Part shown: in pieces, positions 29,139 through 38,056 of the stretch
Position numbering within the stretch: the stretch's first letter is position 1
How the letters are laid out: each line of letters begins with the position of its first letter
Origin: an uncultured delta proteobacterium
GTDB taxonomy: Bacteria; Myxococcota_A; Polyangia; Haliangiales; Haliangiaceae
Assembly (NCBI GenBank): GCA_963848295.1
Contig: CAWKDB010000010.1
Coordinates: forward strand, 4,576,001-4,640,000
DNA: 64,000 bases
Reading direction: 5' to 3'
Notes under the pieces: model-generated
Told to the model about the DNA's origin: nothing
Seen by the model: only the letters and a program-made list of their open reading frames with translations
Databases searched by the model: none
Position numbers and translations under genes: made by a program

Positions 29139-30518
29139 ATGCGTGGTTTAGCCATCGTTTTCGCCATCTCCCTCGTCGCTTGCCAGAAGAGCGACGCCAA
29201 CAAGACCGCGTCCGCGACCGGCTCGGGCTCGGGCTCGGGCTCCGCCGCGGCCAGGATGCCGCAGCGTCCCAAGCCGGAGCAGATTCCGCCGCCGTTCGAT
29301 CTCAACAACCCGCCGAGCGACGCGATCAAGACGGCTTCGGGCTTGATCTACAAGAAGGAAGTCACGAACGACGCCGGTGTCGCCGCGAAGCGCAACGACA
29401 CGGTGATGATCAACTACACCGGTTGGAAGCAGGCGACCGGCGAGACGTTCTTCACGAACAAGACGCGCGGCCAGCCGATGCCGTTGCCGCTCGCGAACGC
29501 GGCCCCGGCGTTCACCGAAGCGTTGCAGCTGATCAAGAAGGGCGAGAAAGCCGTGCTGTGGGTGCCGCCGTCGATCGGCTACAAAGGTAAGCCGCAGGGC
29601 ACGCCGGAGACGCTGGTCTACGAGATCGAGGTCGTCGACATCCAGCCGGCGCCGCCGATCCCCGACGACATCACGAAGCCGAGTGACAAGGCCGAGACGC
29701 TCAAGAGCGGCGTCAAGATGCTCGTGCTGAAGCCGGGCACCGGCAAGGTCAAAGCGAAGGACTACGACACCGTCGAGTACAACTACAGCGGTTGGGACGC
29801 CGACGGCCGGATGTTCGACTCGACCGAGATGCGCAAGCACCCCGCGACGTCACAACCGTTTCATCAGTCGCCCGCGTTTCAAGAAGTGCTGACGAACATG
29901 ACCGAGGGCGAGCGCGTGCGGTTCTGGGCGCCGGCCGAGCAAGTCCTGAGGGGCGGGCGGCCGCAGCCGGGCGCACCGACCGGGTTGCTGTGCTACGAGG
30001 TCGAGATCGTGAAGATCACCCCGGGCATCGCGCCACCGCCGGTTCCGGCCGACGTCGCGAAGCCGCCGGCCGACGCGAAGAAGACCGCGAAGGGCGTGTT
30101 CTACAAGGTGCTCTCGGCAGGCAAGGGCGGCCCGCACCCGACGCCGACCGACACCGTCAAGGTCAACTACACGGGCTGGACGACCGACGGCAAGATGTTC
30201 GACTCGTCGGTGATTCGCAACCAACCGGCCGAGTTCCCGCTCAACGGCGTGATCGCAGGTTGGACCGACGGCATTCCGGTGATGTCGGTGGGCGACAAGG
30301 TCCGGTTCTGGATCCCCGAGGAGCTCGCCTACAAGGGCTCGCCCGGTCGGCCGCAGGGCATGCTCGTGTTCGACGTCGAGCTGCTCGAGATCAAGGCGGG
30401 ACCGCCGCCGGGCCAGGGTCCGCACGGTGGCATGCACGGCATGCCGGGCATGCACCCGCCGGGGATGCACCGGCCGCCGCCCGGTGCCCCGCCGCCGACG
30501 CCTCCGACGACGAAGTGA
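29139..30518 (+). CDS. FKBP-type peptidyl-prolyl isomerase lipoprotein (three FKBP domains)
   Basis: Lipobox LVAC; three NY(T/S)GW / F(F/D) / WxP / (Y/F)(E/D)xE domains; Pro/Gly/Met/His tail. Confidence 0.92.
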   Translation: MRGLAIVFAISLVACQKSDANKTASATGSGSGSGSAAARMPQRPKPEQIPPPFDLNNPPSDAIKTASGLIYKKEVTNDAGVAAKRNDTVMINYTGWKQATGETFFTNKTRGQPMPLPLANAAPAFTEALQLIKKGEKAVLWVPPSIGYKGKPQGTPETLVYEIEVVDIQPAPPIPDDITKPSDKAETLKSGVKMLVLKPGTGKVKAKDYDTVEYNYSGWDADGRMFDSTEMRKHPATSQPFHQSPAFQEVLTNMTEGERVRFWAPAEQVLRGGRPQPGAPTGLLCYEVEIVKITPGIAPPPVPADVAKPPADAKKTAKGVFYKVLSAGKGGPHPTPTDTVKVNYTGWTTDGKMFDSSVIRNQPAEFPLNGVIAGWTDGIPVMSVGDKVRFWIPEELAYKGSPGRPQGMLVFDVELLEIKAGPPPGQGPHGGMHGMPGMHPPGMHRPPPGAPPPTPPTTK

Positions 30519-31573
30519 TTCCGGCCGAGGTCGCCGCCGCGTGGGGATGGTCGCCGACCGCGACCACCGCGTTGCCCGGCGGCCTCATCAACGCGACGTT
30601 CGTCGTGCGCGACGCCGAGCGACCGATCGCGGTCGTCCAGCGCCTGCATCCGGCGTTCGGCGCCGAGGTCAACCTCGACCTCGAGGCGGTGACCGCGCAT
30701 CTCGCCGCGCGCGGGCTCGAGACCCCTCGGTTGTTGCGCACGCTCGCCGGTGAGCCGTGGTTCGTGCACGCAGGCGTGTGGCGCGCGCTGACCTGGGTGG
30801 ACGGCGAGTCGGTCGATGCGGTGCCCGATCCGGCCTGGGCGCGGGCCGCCGGACAACAAGTCGGCCGGTTTCACGTCGCGCTCGGTGACTTCGCGTACGA
30901 CTACCGGTTCGTGCGCGCCGGCGTCCACGACACGGCCGCGCACCTCGCGAAGTTGCGGGCGCGGATCGCCGGCGGTGCACCCGAAGCGCGCGAGGCCCGT
31001 CAGCTCTACACCGCGCAGGAGCTGCGCGAGGCCGTCGAGGTCGCCGAGGCGATCGACGCCGCGGCTGCCGCGTTACCGGCGCTGCCGACGTTGCCACGTC
31101 GCCACATCCACGGGGACCTCAAGATCAGCAACGTCCGGTTCCGTCGCGATCCGCTACGCGCGGTCGCGTTGCTCGATCTCGATACGCTCGGCAAGGGCGT
31201 GATCGCGTTCGAGCTCGGCGACGCGCTGCGCTCGTGGTGCAACCCGCGCGGCGAGGACGAAGCGGTGGCGCGGTTCGAGCTGCCGATCTTCGCCGCAGCG
31301 ATCGAGGGCTTTCGTTCGGTCGCCGATTCGATCGTGACGCCGGCCGAGCTCGCCGCGATCGCGATCGGGCTCGAGACCGTGTGCATCGAGCTCGCCACGC
31401 GCTTCGCGGTCGACGCATTCGATGACGACTACTTCGGCTGGAACCCGGCGAAGTTCCCGTCGCGCCGCGCTCACAACCTCGTGCGCGCGCGCGGCCAGCT
31501 CGCGCTCGCCCTCGCGGTCCGCGCCGCGAAAGCGGAGATCGCGGAGCTCCTCGCTACTTCGCGTACAGCATGA
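30515..31573 (+). CDS. Aminoglycoside phosphotransferase / type II homoserine kinase family protein
   Basis: GGLINATF, HGDLKISN, LDLDT, ELGDALRSWC. Confidence 0.85.
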   Translation: MIPAEVAAAWGWSPTATTALPGGLINATFVVRDAERPIAVVQRLHPAFGAEVNLDLEAVTAHLAARGLETPRLLRTLAGEPWFVHAGVWRALTWVDGESVDAVPDPAWARAAGQQVGRFHVALGDFAYDYRFVRAGVHDTAAHLAKLRARIAGGAPEAREARQLYTAQELREAVEVAEAIDAAAAALPALPTLPRRHIHGDLKISNVRFRRDPLRAVALLDLDTLGKGVIAFELGDALRSWCNPRGEDEAVARFELPIFAAAIEGFRSVADSIVTPAELAAIAIGLETVCIELATRFAVDAFDDDYFGWNPAKFPSRRAHNLVRARGQLALALAVRAAKAEIAELLATSRTA

Positions 31574-31961
31574 CGGTCGCCTCTGGCGTCGTCATGTGCA
31601 GGTAGCGGAACTCGAACTTGCGCGGGAACTGCATGCTGTCGCCCGGCAGATCGAACTTGTGGCTCTTGTTGGTCGCGTCGAACTTGATCACGTCCGGCGG
31701 CGAATCCTTGGTGCCGTCGCCCATCGTGATCGCGATGTCGCCCATGTCGAGCGGCTGATCGACCGTGACCATCGCGATGCCGAACTGGCCACCGTGGCTA
31801 CCGATGTCGATCACGCCGTGATCCGTCGTGTTCTGGATCTTGACCTGGCCGAGCAGCTCGTAGCCGTTCATGCCGCTACCGCTGCCGCCGCCAGTCGATT
31901 GAGCGCCGCCGCACGCGGCGAGGCCGACAACGAATGCGAGAAGTAAGCTGGATGACTTCAT
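31554..31961 (-). CDS. Small lipoprotein
   Basis: MKSS..LAAC lipobox, Gly/Ser linker, beta-rich domain. Confidence 0.7.
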   Translation of the reverse strand: MKSSSLLLAFVVGLAACGGAQSTGGGSGSGMNGYELLGQVKIQNTTDHGVIDIGSHGGQFGIAMVTVDQPLDMGDIAITMGDGTKDSPPDVIKFDATNKSHKFDLPGDSMQFPRKFEFRYLHMTTPEATVMLYAK

Positions 31962-32054
31962 GGCCCGTGCGTACACCAAAACTGCCCCGCGGTGACAATC
32001 AGGATGGCGTTCCTTCGCTTCACGAAACGCCGAGGATCCTGCTCTAATTGCCGG

Positions 32055-34979
32055 ATGGGCGTTCGTCTGCCGGTCGTGGTCGGCTGCCTACTGGCCGCGG
32101 CGTCGGCGCACGCTTTCGTGCCGAAGCACGGTCCCGCGATCGTCGCCGATACGCTGACCGCGTTGCCCGCGGCCGGGACCAGACCGCTGCGCACTCACCG
32201 TTCGTTCCGCGTGCAGGCAACCCCGCCGATCGCCTGGCAAGAGTTCGCGGCAGTTGCCGGCCCGAGCTGGCAGGCGACGTGGGACGACGCGACCGGCGTG
32301 CCGAGCCAGATGTGGGGCCCGGGCATTCCGGTGCCAGGCGCGAACGCCTCGCCGGTGATCGCGGCGGCGTTCGCGACCCAGATGCTCGCCGATCACATCG
32401 CGCTGCTCGCCCCCGGCGCGGCGGCGAGCGACTTTCAGCTCGTGTCGAACTCGAGCGATGGCGCGATTCGCTCGATCGGCTTCGTACAACATGTCGGGGG
32501 CACGCTCGTCGTCGGCGGCCAGCTCAGCTTTCGGTTCAAGCGCGATCGACTCTACGTGATCGCATCGGAGGCGCTGCCGAACGTCGCGGCGAAGTTGCCG
32601 ATCACGCCGTACGTGGCTCGTGCGCCGGTGGCGACCGCGATCCAGACCGTTCGCACCGCGGTCAACTTGCCGCTCGCGCCGGTGACCGCGCTCGGTGACG
32701 ATGTCGTGCTGCCGCTCGTCGGTGATGTCGCGGTGCTCGGCTACCGGGTCGTGACGCCGTATCAGATCGACGGCGGACGCGACGGCCGGTTCATCGCGTA
32801 CACCGATCCGAGCAGCGCGGCGGTGATCGCGGTCCGCCAGCTCAACGACTACGTGACCGGCGACGTGCTCTATCACACCGTCGATCGCTATCCGGCGCGA
32901 GGCTACAAAGACAATCCAGCGCCGCAGTGCTTCGTCCAGCTCGACGGCACCGCTCAGACGACCGCGCAAGACGGCAGCGTGACGTGGTCGGCCGGCACCG
33001 AGACCGTGACGACGTCGGCGAGCGGCAACCTCGTCGCGATGGTCAATGAAGCGGCCGACGGCCTCGCGGCCTCGACGCAGCTGACGCTCGTGCCGAGCGG
33101 TTCGGTCGTGTGGGACGCGTCGGCGACCGAAGAGGACGACGCGCAGCTCAGCGCGTTCATCGACGTCAACAACGTCAAGGAGTACGTCCGCGCGAACCTC
33201 GATCCGGGCATGCCGAACCTCGAGGCAGCGTTGACCGTGAAGGTCAACCTCGACATGGACTGCAACGCGTTCTTCGACGGAGCCGCGCTCAACTTCTTCC
33301 ACGCGACGACCGATTGCGAGAACACCGCGCTCGTCCAAGACGTCGGCTACCACGAGTTCGGCCACGACGTGCACTACAGCCGAGATCATCGCCGGCGTCG
33401 GTGCGTTCGACGGCGCGATGAGCGAAGGCGCCGCCGATTATCTCGCCGCGAGCGTCACCGAGCGACTCGGGCGTCGGCCGCGGCTTCTACTACAACGACA
33501 TGGCGCTGCGCGACATCGATCCGGTCGGCATGGAGTATCAGTGGCCGATCGATATCGGCGAGATCCACCACACCGGCCTGATCTTCAGCGGCGCGTTCTG
33601 GGATCTGCGCAAGGCGCTGATCGCGCAATACGGGCCGGTGTTCGGGGTCGCGCTCGTCAACCAGCTCTACCTCGGTGCTCTGAGGCGCTCGGTCGACATC
33701 CCGAGCAGCTTCATCGAGACGCTCGCGGCCGACGACGACGACGGCGATCTGTCGAACGGCACGCCGCACGAGTGCGAGATCCGGAAGGCGTTCGGCGCGC
33801 ACGGCCTGCGCGACGTCGGCGGTGACATCGAGGCGCCGGCGACGCTCGACGAAGCCGCGCAATCGATCGGCGTGATCATCGACGTCACCGGGCTGTCCGC
33901 GCGGTGTCCGAGCGATCAGGTCAGCAGCGCGACGTTCTCGTGGTCGCCAGACTTCTTCTTGCCGAAACCCGGATCGGTCGACGCCTCGCTCGCCGGCGTC
34001 GGCCGGTTCTTCGCGCAGCTCCCGCTCGCTCTCGACGACACGGTGTTCTATTCGGCCCGGATCGCGTTCTCTGACGGCAGTCAGATGAACCTTGCCGGAC
34101 AACCGCGCGGACTCGGACTATCAGCTCTACCAGGGTCACACGGTGCCGCTGTACTGCACCGACTTCGAGTCCGAGGACCCGCTCGCGAACGGCTGGACGA
34201 CCGGCGCGGTCGACAGCAGCGGCACGATCGCGTCGCCGTGGACGTGGGGGACGCCGACCTCCGGCGCGAGCAATCCACACGCCGCGTTCTCCGGCAGCCA
34301 CGCGCTGGTCGAGGATCTCGACACCGACTACGCGCCCGACTCGTACTCGTACGTCGCGACGCCGCCGATCGACGTCGGGCAATACACCGACGTGCGCCTG
34401 CAGTATCGCCGCTGGCTCGCGGTCGAAGACGGCAACTTCGATCAAGCGCGGATCACCGCGAACGGCAATCGCGCGTGGTTCAACTACGACTCCCAGATGG
34501 GTGGCTCGAGCACCGACGATCTGATCGACAAGGAGTGGCGGTTCCAGGACGTGCCGCTCACCCAGTTCTTCTCCGGCCACACGCTCACCGTCGGCTGGGA
34601 TCTGATGGCGAACTCCGGCCTCGAGCTCGCGGGCTGGGCGCTCGACGACGTGTGCGTGGTCGCGAACCCGAAATCGATCTGTGGCGACGGCGTGATGTCG
34701 GTCTACGAACAGTGCGACGACGGCTCGGCCAACGCGGACGAGCCCGACAAGTGCCGCACGTATTGCAAGACTCCGGCGTGCGGCGATGGCATCGTCGACA
34801 CCGGCGAGGACTGCGATGACGGTTCGGCGACCGAGACGTGCACCGACAAGTGCAAGGTCATCCCGACCGGCGGCGGGTGCTGCTCGACGAGCGGCGGCGG
34901 CGCCGGCTCGCTGGTGCTCGGCATGTTCGTGCTCGGCGTGGTGCGGCGGCGCGGTTCTAGGCACCCGCCAAGTCGCTAG
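32055..34979 (+). pseudogene. Secreted M4/M36-type zinc metallopeptidase with Cys-rich repeats and MYXO-CTERM tail, broken by three +1 frameshifts (possibly sequencing error)
   Basis: Signal peptide, NAFFDG, HEFGH, SEGAAD, EIHH and CGDG..EQCDDG repeats, and GGGCCST..TM..RRR, spread over successive frames; shifts near 33377, 33461 and 34090. Confidence 0.85.
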
Positions 34980-35557
34980 TCGTCAGCCTCGTCGCCGAAC
35001 AACTCGGAGACATCGAGCTCGATGGCTTCGAACGGTTCGGCTCGAACGCGATCTCCGGAGGTCGCGGTGACGATCACCGTGTAACCGGCGGTGGCCCACC
35101 GATGGACGAGCAAGATCTTCTCCTCCGGATGCAGCGCCCAGTAATGCGGCACCTCCGCTGCGTGCAAGATCCTTGGCTTGACCACCAGGTCCTGGCGCTC
35201 GTGCTTGGGCGAAATGATCTCGCACACCCAATCGGGCCGGAGTCGGACGGGCCAACCTGTCGGTCGCTCGGGGGTTCGATCGCGACGCCAGCCGGCTGCA
35301 TCGTGGCAATACACTTCGCCGGTCGCATACTCGACGTGGATCTCGGTCAAGATCCACCAGCCGCCCGGGCCGCGCTTCCCGGGGCGACGATTGAATCCGT
35401 GCAACACACCGCCGAGCCGGCTCTCTGCAAAACTGTGCTCGGGCGAAGGAGAGGCCTTTTCGACGATCGTCCCGCCGATGATCTCGAGTCGGTCGTTCGC
35501 AGAGATCGCACCGAGGTCCGCAGCCGTGGCGGGCTTGAGCTTGGAAGGTGCGGCCAT
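34976..35557 (-). CDS. Uma2/DUF820 family endonuclease
   Basis: EIIGG, PSPEH, PDWVCEIISP, VPHYW, AEPFEAIEL. Confidence 0.9.
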   Translation of the reverse strand: MAAPSKLKPATAADLGAISANDRLEIIGGTIVEKASPSPEHSFAESRLGGVLHGFNRRPGKRGPGGWWILTEIHVEYATGEVYCHDAAGWRRDRTPERPTGWPVRLRPDWVCEIISPKHERQDLVVKPRILHAAEVPHYWALHPEEKILLVHRWATAGYTVIVTATSGDRVRAEPFEAIELDVSELFGDEADD

Positions 35558-35603
35558 CGCCCTCCTATGCTACCGCGAGTCGATGGCGCAGCCTCGGCGG
35601 ATC

Positions 35604-36101
35604 CTAGTCGAAGCGCAGACCGGCGATCTGCGCGGCGGCGTTAGCACCGTGGAGCGCGTCGCGCTTGAGTGCGGCGAGCTCGACGCGCAGTGGGTCGGCG
35701 TCGGCGAGGCTCGCGAGCTTGCCGGCGAGCGAGCGCGACCGCGACGCAAACGCGAAGCCGGTGCTGGTCACCGGAGGCGCGGTGATGACCTCGGTGGAAT
35801 GGTCGGTGATCGCAGCCCAGGGCGCGGACTCGTGTGCGGCGCGTGGCCACGCCAGCGTCGCGACCAACACGGCCGCCATCGCGGTCGCCGCGAGCGCCGG
35901 CCACACCATCGCCGGTCGACGCGCGTTCGGCCTCGGAGCCCTCGGCGCTGCCACCGTCAACCGGTCGTGCAACGCGTAGAGCCGAGTCGCGACGGTACGG
36001 CACCGCTCGCAGGTCTCGAGGTGACGCGCCACGGAAGGGCGACGCTCCCCATCGCCGTCGAGCTCCGACGACAGCTGCCAACGCACGATGAAGCAGGTCA
36101 T
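35604..36101 (-). CDS. Zinc-binding anti-sigma factor (HxxxCxxC)
   Basis: C...LS..LDG, HLETCERC, single TM; overlaps the sigma stop codon. Confidence 0.8.
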   Translation of the reverse strand: MTCFIVRWQLSSELDGDGERRPSVARHLETCERCRTVATRLYALHDRLTVAAPRAPRPNARRPAMVWPALAATAMAAVLVATLAWPRAAHESAPWAAITDHSTEVITAPPVTSTGFAFASRSRSLAGKLASLADADPLRVELAALKRDALHGANAAAQIAGLRFD

Positions 36102-36613
36102 GGCACCGTCTCCTTCATTAGCTTTCCACGAGCGCGGAACAAAAGCACCTTGGTTCCGACCACCGACTTGCCGAGCTCGCGCGCGACCTCGCGGACCTCG
36201 AGATCGCGGGCGTAGCGCAGCCACAGCGCGCGATACGCCTGCTCGGTCAGCACGCGGCGCGCGGTCTGCCAGACGGCATCGTCTCGGTCGGCGATCGGCG
36301 CCTCGCTGACCACCGGCTCGCCCTCGCTTTCGACGCGCTCGCGGCGCTGCTGGGCGATCCGGTAGTTGATCGCGGTGTTCTTGCCGATCGCGAACAACCA
36401 GGTCGAGAACTTGCGCGCGGGATCGTAGCTCGCGAGGTGCTGGTATGCGCGAGCGAGTGTCTCTTGCGCCACGTCGTCGGCATCCGACGGTGCCGCCACG
36501 CGACGCGCCAAGAACGCGACGAGCGGCGGCCTCACTCGCGTCACGAGCTCGTCGAAGCTCGCTCGATCACCGCGCTGGGCGCGGACCGCCAAGTCTTCCA
36601 ACGACACGTCCAT
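36098..36613 (-). CDS. ECF sigma-70 factor
   Basis: ADDVAQET, FSTWLFAI, EVARELG...KVLLFRAR. Confidence 0.9.
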   Translation of the reverse strand: MDVSLEDLAVRAQRGDRASFDELVTRVRPPLVAFLARRVAAPSDADDVAQETLARAYQHLASYDPARKFSTWLFAIGKNTAINYRIAQQRRERVESEGEPVVSEAPIADRDDAVWQTARRVLTEQAYRALWLRYARDLEVREVARELGKSVVGTKVLLFRARGKLMKETVP

Positions 36614-36618
36614 CGGGA

Positions 36619-37560
36619 TCAGTTGATCTTTGCATTTACCGCGTTGTTGCTGATCAGCAGCTTGACGAGATCCGCCGTCGGCATCGCGAACGCGACGTCG
36701 GTGGTCGTGCCGGAGATCGAGATCTTCACGTTCTTCGTGATCTGGGCGAACTGCTTGTTCTCGTCTGCGAGTGCGGCGAGCGCGAGCAGGCCGTCGAGCA
36801 CGCTCTTGACCTTCTGCGCGCCGTCGAGCGTCGCCATCGTCGCGGTGGCACGAGCGCGGAGCTCGCCGCCGAACTCCCCGATGTCGAGCGCCACCGCGGA
36901 CATCTCGGTCTGGAGCAGCGTCGAGCCGGCTGCCTTGCGGACGTCGTCGAGCATGCCCTTGCCGAGCACCACGAACAGGAACATGCCGCGGTCCATCGTC
37001 GCCGGCAGCTGCTTCGCGGTCAGGCTCGCCGCCTTGCCTTGGCTGACCGCGATCGTGCGGTCGAGGTCCGCGACGCGATCGGACACCCCGACGACGTTGC
37101 CGAACACCGCGACCGTGACCGGCTTGGCGTCGAGCGTGATCGTATAGCGACCGCCCTGCACCTTCTGGCCAGCGAGCATCGCGATCGAATTGGCAAAATC
37201 ATTCGCAGCGGCGACCCCGGGAAACTCGAACATCACGACGCCCTGGGTGTCGGCCTTGTCGTCGGGCTTCGCGCCCGCCGGGTGCGGCGAGTCTGCGAGC
37301 CACAGCGTGATCGCGGAGCAATTCTTCTCGAGCTGCGCGATGACGGGCTTGGCCTTGACCAGCTCGGCGTCGTCCTTATCGGCGGCGAGCGCCGCCTCCA
37401 GCATCTTCATCAGGCTGGACGCTCGGAACGCATCGACATCCAGGTGGCCGACGCCCGCGGCGTCCGCGGGGATCCGGTGCAGATCGAGCGGGGTCGCCTC
37501 CGCAGCCGGGACGAAGATCAAGGCGAGACCGAGTGCGAATCCGAGGAACATGTGGCGCAT
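36619..37560 (-). CDS. Secreted hypothetical protein
   Basis: Signal peptide MRHMFLGFALGLALIFVPAAEA; co-oriented with the ECF sigma. Confidence 0.75.
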   Translation of the reverse strand: MRHMFLGFALGLALIFVPAAEATPLDLHRIPADAAGVGHLDVDAFRASSLMKMLEAALAADKDDAELVKAKPVIAQLEKNCSAITLWLADSPHPAGAKPDDKADTQGVVMFEFPGVAAANDFANSIAMLAGQKVQGGRYTITLDAKPVTVAVFGNVVGVSDRVADLDRTIAVSQGKAASLTAKQLPATMDRGMFLFVVLGKGMLDDVRKAAGSTLLQTEMSAVALDIGEFGGELRARATATMATLDGAQKVKSVLDGLLALAALADENKQFAQITKNVKISISGTTTDVAFAMPTADLVKLLISNNAVNAKIN

Positions 37561-37610
37561 ATGCCGCTGATACAACGGCCGGGTGCCCCGGGTTACACGG
37601 GCGGCCAAGA

Positions 37611-37997
37611 TCAGCGCAGATCGTTGCCGTCGACCCAGCCGTCGCCGTTGCGGTCGAGCCGGCGCAACCGGCGCTGTTCGCGCAGCGGCACTTCGCCCGG
37701 GCCCGCAACACCATCGCCGTTGCGATCGTAGCGCTGGACCGCGCCGTTGATCTCGCGGCGTTCGGCGCGGCGCTCTTGGCGGACGAGCCGCCGCTCGATT
37801 TGGTGCAGCGCGCGGATCGCGTGGCGCCGTTCGTTCGGCTCGAGCCGGCCGTCGTGGTTGCGATCGAACCGCTCGAGCAAGGCTTGGCGCAGCTCGCCGC
37901 GCTGCTGAGGCGGACCAACAAGACGATCCGCGCGTGCGGCCCCACCAAGTGCGGCGAGCGAGAGCACCGAGGCGGCGATCAAACTTACGAGCTTCAT
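37611..37997 (-). CDS. Secreted EF-hand protein
   Basis: Signal peptide; DRNHDGRL, DRNGDGVA, DRNGDGWV loops. Confidence 0.85.
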   Translation of the reverse strand: MKLVSLIAASVLSLAALGGAARADRLVGPPQQRGELRQALLERFDRNHDGRLEPNERRHAIRALHQIERRLVRQERRAERREINGAVQRYDRNGDGVAGPGEVPLREQRRLRRLDRNGDGWVDGNDLR

Positions 37998-38056
37998 GCC
38001 CGGTTCGACTCACGTCGCCCGAGGAAGTTAAGCAGGTCGCGATGTAGTCGCGTTGC

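Noticed and set aside
30515..31573. Aminoglycoside resistance gene
   Set aside because: Only superfamily-level kinase motifs in a housekeeping context.
34976..35557. Uma2 nuclease as a defence or mobile element
   Set aside because: The family is commonly expanded as solitary genes in myxobacteria; no partner genes or flanking repeats.
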